Virus record (IMG/VR): IMGVR_UViG_2675903413_000004
Span: 1-17,605 of that record
DNA length: 17,605 nucleotides
Reading direction: 5' to 3' (one strand)
Source: a virus
Taxonomy: Duplodnaviria > Heunggongvirae > Uroviricota > Caudoviricetes
The notes beneath the pieces are model-generated. The model was not told the DNA's origin and ran no database searches. It was given only the letters and a program-made list of their open reading frames with translations. Numbering within the stretch: position 1 is the first letter of the stretch; each line of letters opens with the position of its first letter. Made by a program: the position numbers and the translations under genes. Positions 15,551 through 17,605 of the stretch are shown piece after piece.

Positions 15551-15685
15551 GAGGCAAACTCCACAAGTTAACCTGTACGGCAATACAGGGTTATATAAGG
15601 CAACATTCGAAATATGGAGCCAGATTAATTCGTGTTTCGAGAAGTGTCAATTTTAATTTCTCGAATCGAGACTTATGGATTCGCT
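15551..15685. promoter_or_regulatory. Lysis-lysogeny switch region between apl and cI with candidate convergently firing promoters and TCGA-type repeats
   Basis: Minus-strand perfect -35 TTGACA (15650-15645) with weak -10 candidates 15-17 bp downstream (about 15629-15622), directed at apl. Plus-strand TTAACC (15568-15573) and TATATA (15592-15597), directed at cI. The two would fire toward each other. Palindrome CTCGA-A-TCGAG at 15660-15670 plus TTCGAA (15606-15611) and TTTCGAG (15635-15641). Confidence 0.35.
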
Positions 15686-16267
15686 ATGAGCACATTTAAA
15701 ATCGACCTAAACGTAGATAGCACACCGATTCTTGACAGGGTGATCGAGGCTTACGGATTTACGCAGAAGTTACAGCTCGCGGAACATCTGGACATGGCAG
15801 CCAGTTCTCTTTCTTCACGCTACAAGCGTGGAGTTTTCCCGGCAGACATTGTCGTGAAATGTGTAGCCGAAACAGGCGCTAATCTGGAGTGGCTGGCGAC
15901 AGGACAGGGACGTAAATTTAATGATGATGAATTAGACATACTCAAAATACCGCGCAGCAAGATTGTTGATGGCCAACTCTATGACGCTGGCACACTTATG
16001 CTTGATAAAGTCATCTTCCTGCCTGGTAAGCCCTTACCGCAACAACCGATTTGTGTTCTGGATGGCCTTGTTCAGTACATTGTTGACCAGTCTTATTCTG
16101 AAGTTTATGACGATGATTGGTTGGTTGAAGTTGAAGGAAAAACAAGCGTCCGCACTCTTACACGGATTCCGGTACGAAAAGTCAGAGTTAGCGGTGTTGG
16201 TATGGCATTTGATTGCGGAATTGACGACATAAAAATCATAGGCCGCGTTGTTCTGACGATAAAATAA
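15686..16267 (+). CDS. cI: CI immunity repressor (phage 186 CI family)
   Basis: ORF track starts at GTG 15632; ATG at 15686 gives a 193-aa product. Segments DRVIEAYGFTQKLQLAEH...SSLS.RY and ETGANLEWLATGQG resemble 186 CI as recalled; stop is 1 nt before the int ATG. Confidence 0.7.
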   Translation: MSTFKIDLNVDSTPILDRVIEAYGFTQKLQLAEHLDMAASSLSSRYKRGVFPADIVVKCVAETGANLEWLATGQGRKFNDDELDILKIPRSKIVDGQLYDAGTLMLDKVIFLPGKPLPQQPICVLDGLVQYIVDQSYSEVYDDDWLVEVEGKTSVRTLTRIPVRKVRVSGVGMAFDCGIDDIKIIGRVVLTIK

Positions 16268-16268
16268 A

Positions 16269-17309
16269 ATGAGCGTTCGTAAACTTCCTACAGGCGAATG
16301 GATCGCCGACTTCTACACCGTCAACCGCAGTAATGGCAAGAACGGGAAGCGTATACGTAAAAAATTTGCCACGAAAGGGGAAGCCCTGGCATTCGAAAAC
16401 CATACGCTTCAGAAAGTAGACGCAGCTCCGTGGCTGGGTGAAGGGAAGGACAAGCGAACTTTAATAGATCTGATAACAATGTGGTATGAACGCCACGGCG
16501 TAGCTTTGAGCAATGGCGAAAAGCGTAAAAATGCTATGACCTGGGCGGCGGAATGCATGGGATTCCCGCTGGCCACAGAATTTAATGCCCAGTTGTTCAC
16601 AGCCTACCGCGCTAAAAGGCTGGATGGGCATTATGCCCGTACCAACAGAGTATCTAAGGTTTCCCCGAAAACTATGAACCTTGAACATGCTTACTTCCTG
16701 GCTATGTTCAACGAGCTGAAACGGATTGGTGAATGGTCAGCACCCAACCCACTAGAAAACGTCAGACAGTATCGTACTGATGAAACCGAAATGGCTTTCC
16801 TCACTACCGAAGAAATTGATCGGCTTTTACTGGAATGCAAACGAAGTAAAGTTAAGTACCTAGAATTAGTTGTCAAAATCTGCCTTGCTACCGGCGCAAG
16901 GTGGAATGAGGCGGCAACGCTGAAAAGCTCCCAGATCGCCGGGGGTAAAGTCACGTTCGTCAAAACCAAAGGGAAGCGCAACAGAACAATTCCCCTTGAT
17001 GATGAACTTCTGTCCGAATTACCTGAAACAAAAGGCGCTCTGTTCCCCAAGCCCTGCTACAACGCTTTCCGCTCTGCTCTGGAACGTGCAGGCATTGAAC
17101 TCCCCTCCGGCCAGCTTACCCATGTACTGCGCCATACATTTGCCAGCCACTTTATGATGAACGGCGGAAACATTCTGGTTCTGCAAAAAATTCTCGGCCA
17201 CGCTGACATCACTATGACAATGCGTTATGCCCATTTCGCCCCAAGCCACCTTGAAGATGCCGTGCGACTTAACCCCTTAAAATGTCGCAAAAATGTCGCG
17301 ACAGCTTAG
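16269..17309 (+). CDS. int: Tyrosine-type site-specific integrase (P2/186 Int family)
   Basis: 346 aa; C-terminal catalytic signature ..ATGARWNEA.., HVLRHTFASHF, LGHADITMTMRYAHF (R...HxxR...Y); almost contiguous with cI, as in the 186 cI-int operon. Confidence 0.9.
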   Translation: MSVRKLPTGEWIADFYTVNRSNGKNGKRIRKKFATKGEALAFENHTLQKVDAAPWLGEGKDKRTLIDLITMWYERHGVALSNGEKRKNAMTWAAECMGFPLATEFNAQLFTAYRAKRLDGHYARTNRVSKVSPKTMNLEHAYFLAMFNELKRIGEWSAPNPLENVRQYRTDETEMAFLTTEEIDRLLLECKRSKVKYLELVVKICLATGARWNEAATLKSSQIAGGKVTFVKTKGKRNRTIPLDDELLSELPETKGALFPKPCYNAFRSALERAGIELPSGQLTHVLRHTFASHFMMNGGNILVLQKILGHADITMTMRYAHFAPSHLEDAVRLNPLKCRKNVATA

Positions 17310-17344
17310 AAATACTGCCGAATACTCACAGATATTAACTAACG

Positions 17345-17373
17345 TAACTTATTGATAACACTGTAAGTTATTG
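17345..17373. repeat. Direct repeats in the int-proximal arm (possible Int arm-type or IHF sites)
   Basis: TAACTTATTG (17345-17354) and TAAGTTATTG (17364-17373), 9/10 identical, in the AT-rich region between the int stop and the candidate core. Confidence 0.25.
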
Positions 17374-17427
17374 TTTTTCGTAGATAGTTGATGCTTTATA
17401 ATATAGCCTGTGCTATATCTGTATGTA

Positions 17428-17447
17428 ATGCAATCATCCCTCAAGGA
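17428..17447. repeat. Right copy of imperfect direct repeat (candidate attachment-site core)
   Basis: ATGCAATCATCCCTCAAGGA; see the left copy at 357-377. Lies 118 bp past the int stop. Confidence 0.35.
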
Positions 17448-17476
17448 TCGACGGGATTAGCAAGTCAGGAGGTCTT

Positions 17477-17605
17477 ATGAATGAGTTCAAGAGGTGTATG
17501 CGCGTGTTTAGTCATTCTCCCTTTAAAGTACGGTTAATGCTGCTCTCTATGTTGTGCGATATGGTCAACAACAAACCGCAGCAAGATAAACCTTCCGATA
17601 AATAG
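17477..17605 (+). CDS. Small ORF (42 aa) with strong ribosome-binding site; probably flanking host gene
   Basis: AGGAGG (17467-17472) 4 nt upstream of the ATG at 17477; MNEFKRCMRVFSHSPFKVRLMLLSMLCDMVNNKPQQDKPSDK; stop TAG is the last codon of the window. Confidence 0.35.
   Translation: MNEFKRCMRVFSHSPFKVRLMLLSMLCDMVNNKPQQDKPSDK

Larger units (their letters stand above)
357..17447. mobile_element. Compact P2/186-family prophage-like element lacking head and distal-tail genes (defective prophage or domesticated derivative)
   Basis: Integrase plus 186-type switch, gpA replication, Ogr, portal, contractile-tail and lysis genes bounded by imperfect direct repeats. About 17.1 kb, roughly half a P2 genome. 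Confidence 0.6.

Noticed and set aside
1-17605. CRISPR arrays, tRNA/rRNA genes, insertion-sequence transposases
   Set aside because: No regularly spaced repeat-spacer structure, no tRNA-like sequence near the integrase or elsewhere, and no transposase-like ORF or terminal inverted repeats were seen.

Overview
The 17,605-bp window is dominated by a compact P2/186-family (peduovirus-like) prophage-like element of about 17.1 kb (approx. 357-17447). Right arm, + strand: a 186-type CI repressor and a tyrosine integrase, near-contiguous. Divergent early operon, - strand: Apl, CII, three unknown small genes, a Dam-type N6-adenine methyltransferase and the rolling-circle replication initiator (gpA/RepA). 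Centre, + strand: a start-less C-terminal fragment of a probable terminase gene, a portal gene (gpQ-like) and an Ogr/Delta-type zinc-finger late activator. Left arm, - strand: one tightly coupled late operon (acidic small protein, gpS-like tail completion protein, putative sheath and tube, holin, M15 endolysin, overlapping i-/o-spanins, tail assembly chaperone with a programmed -1 frameshift, tape measure, three baseplate genes, terminator). No capsid, scaffold, small terminase, baseplate hub/spike or tail-fibre genes are present. Imperfect 20-21 bp direct repeats sit just outside both ends (candidate att cores), flanked by a secreted small-protein gene (left) and a 42-aa ORF (right). No rRNA, tRNA or CRISPR array was seen. 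All protein calls rest on motif recognition and synteny; no database search was run.
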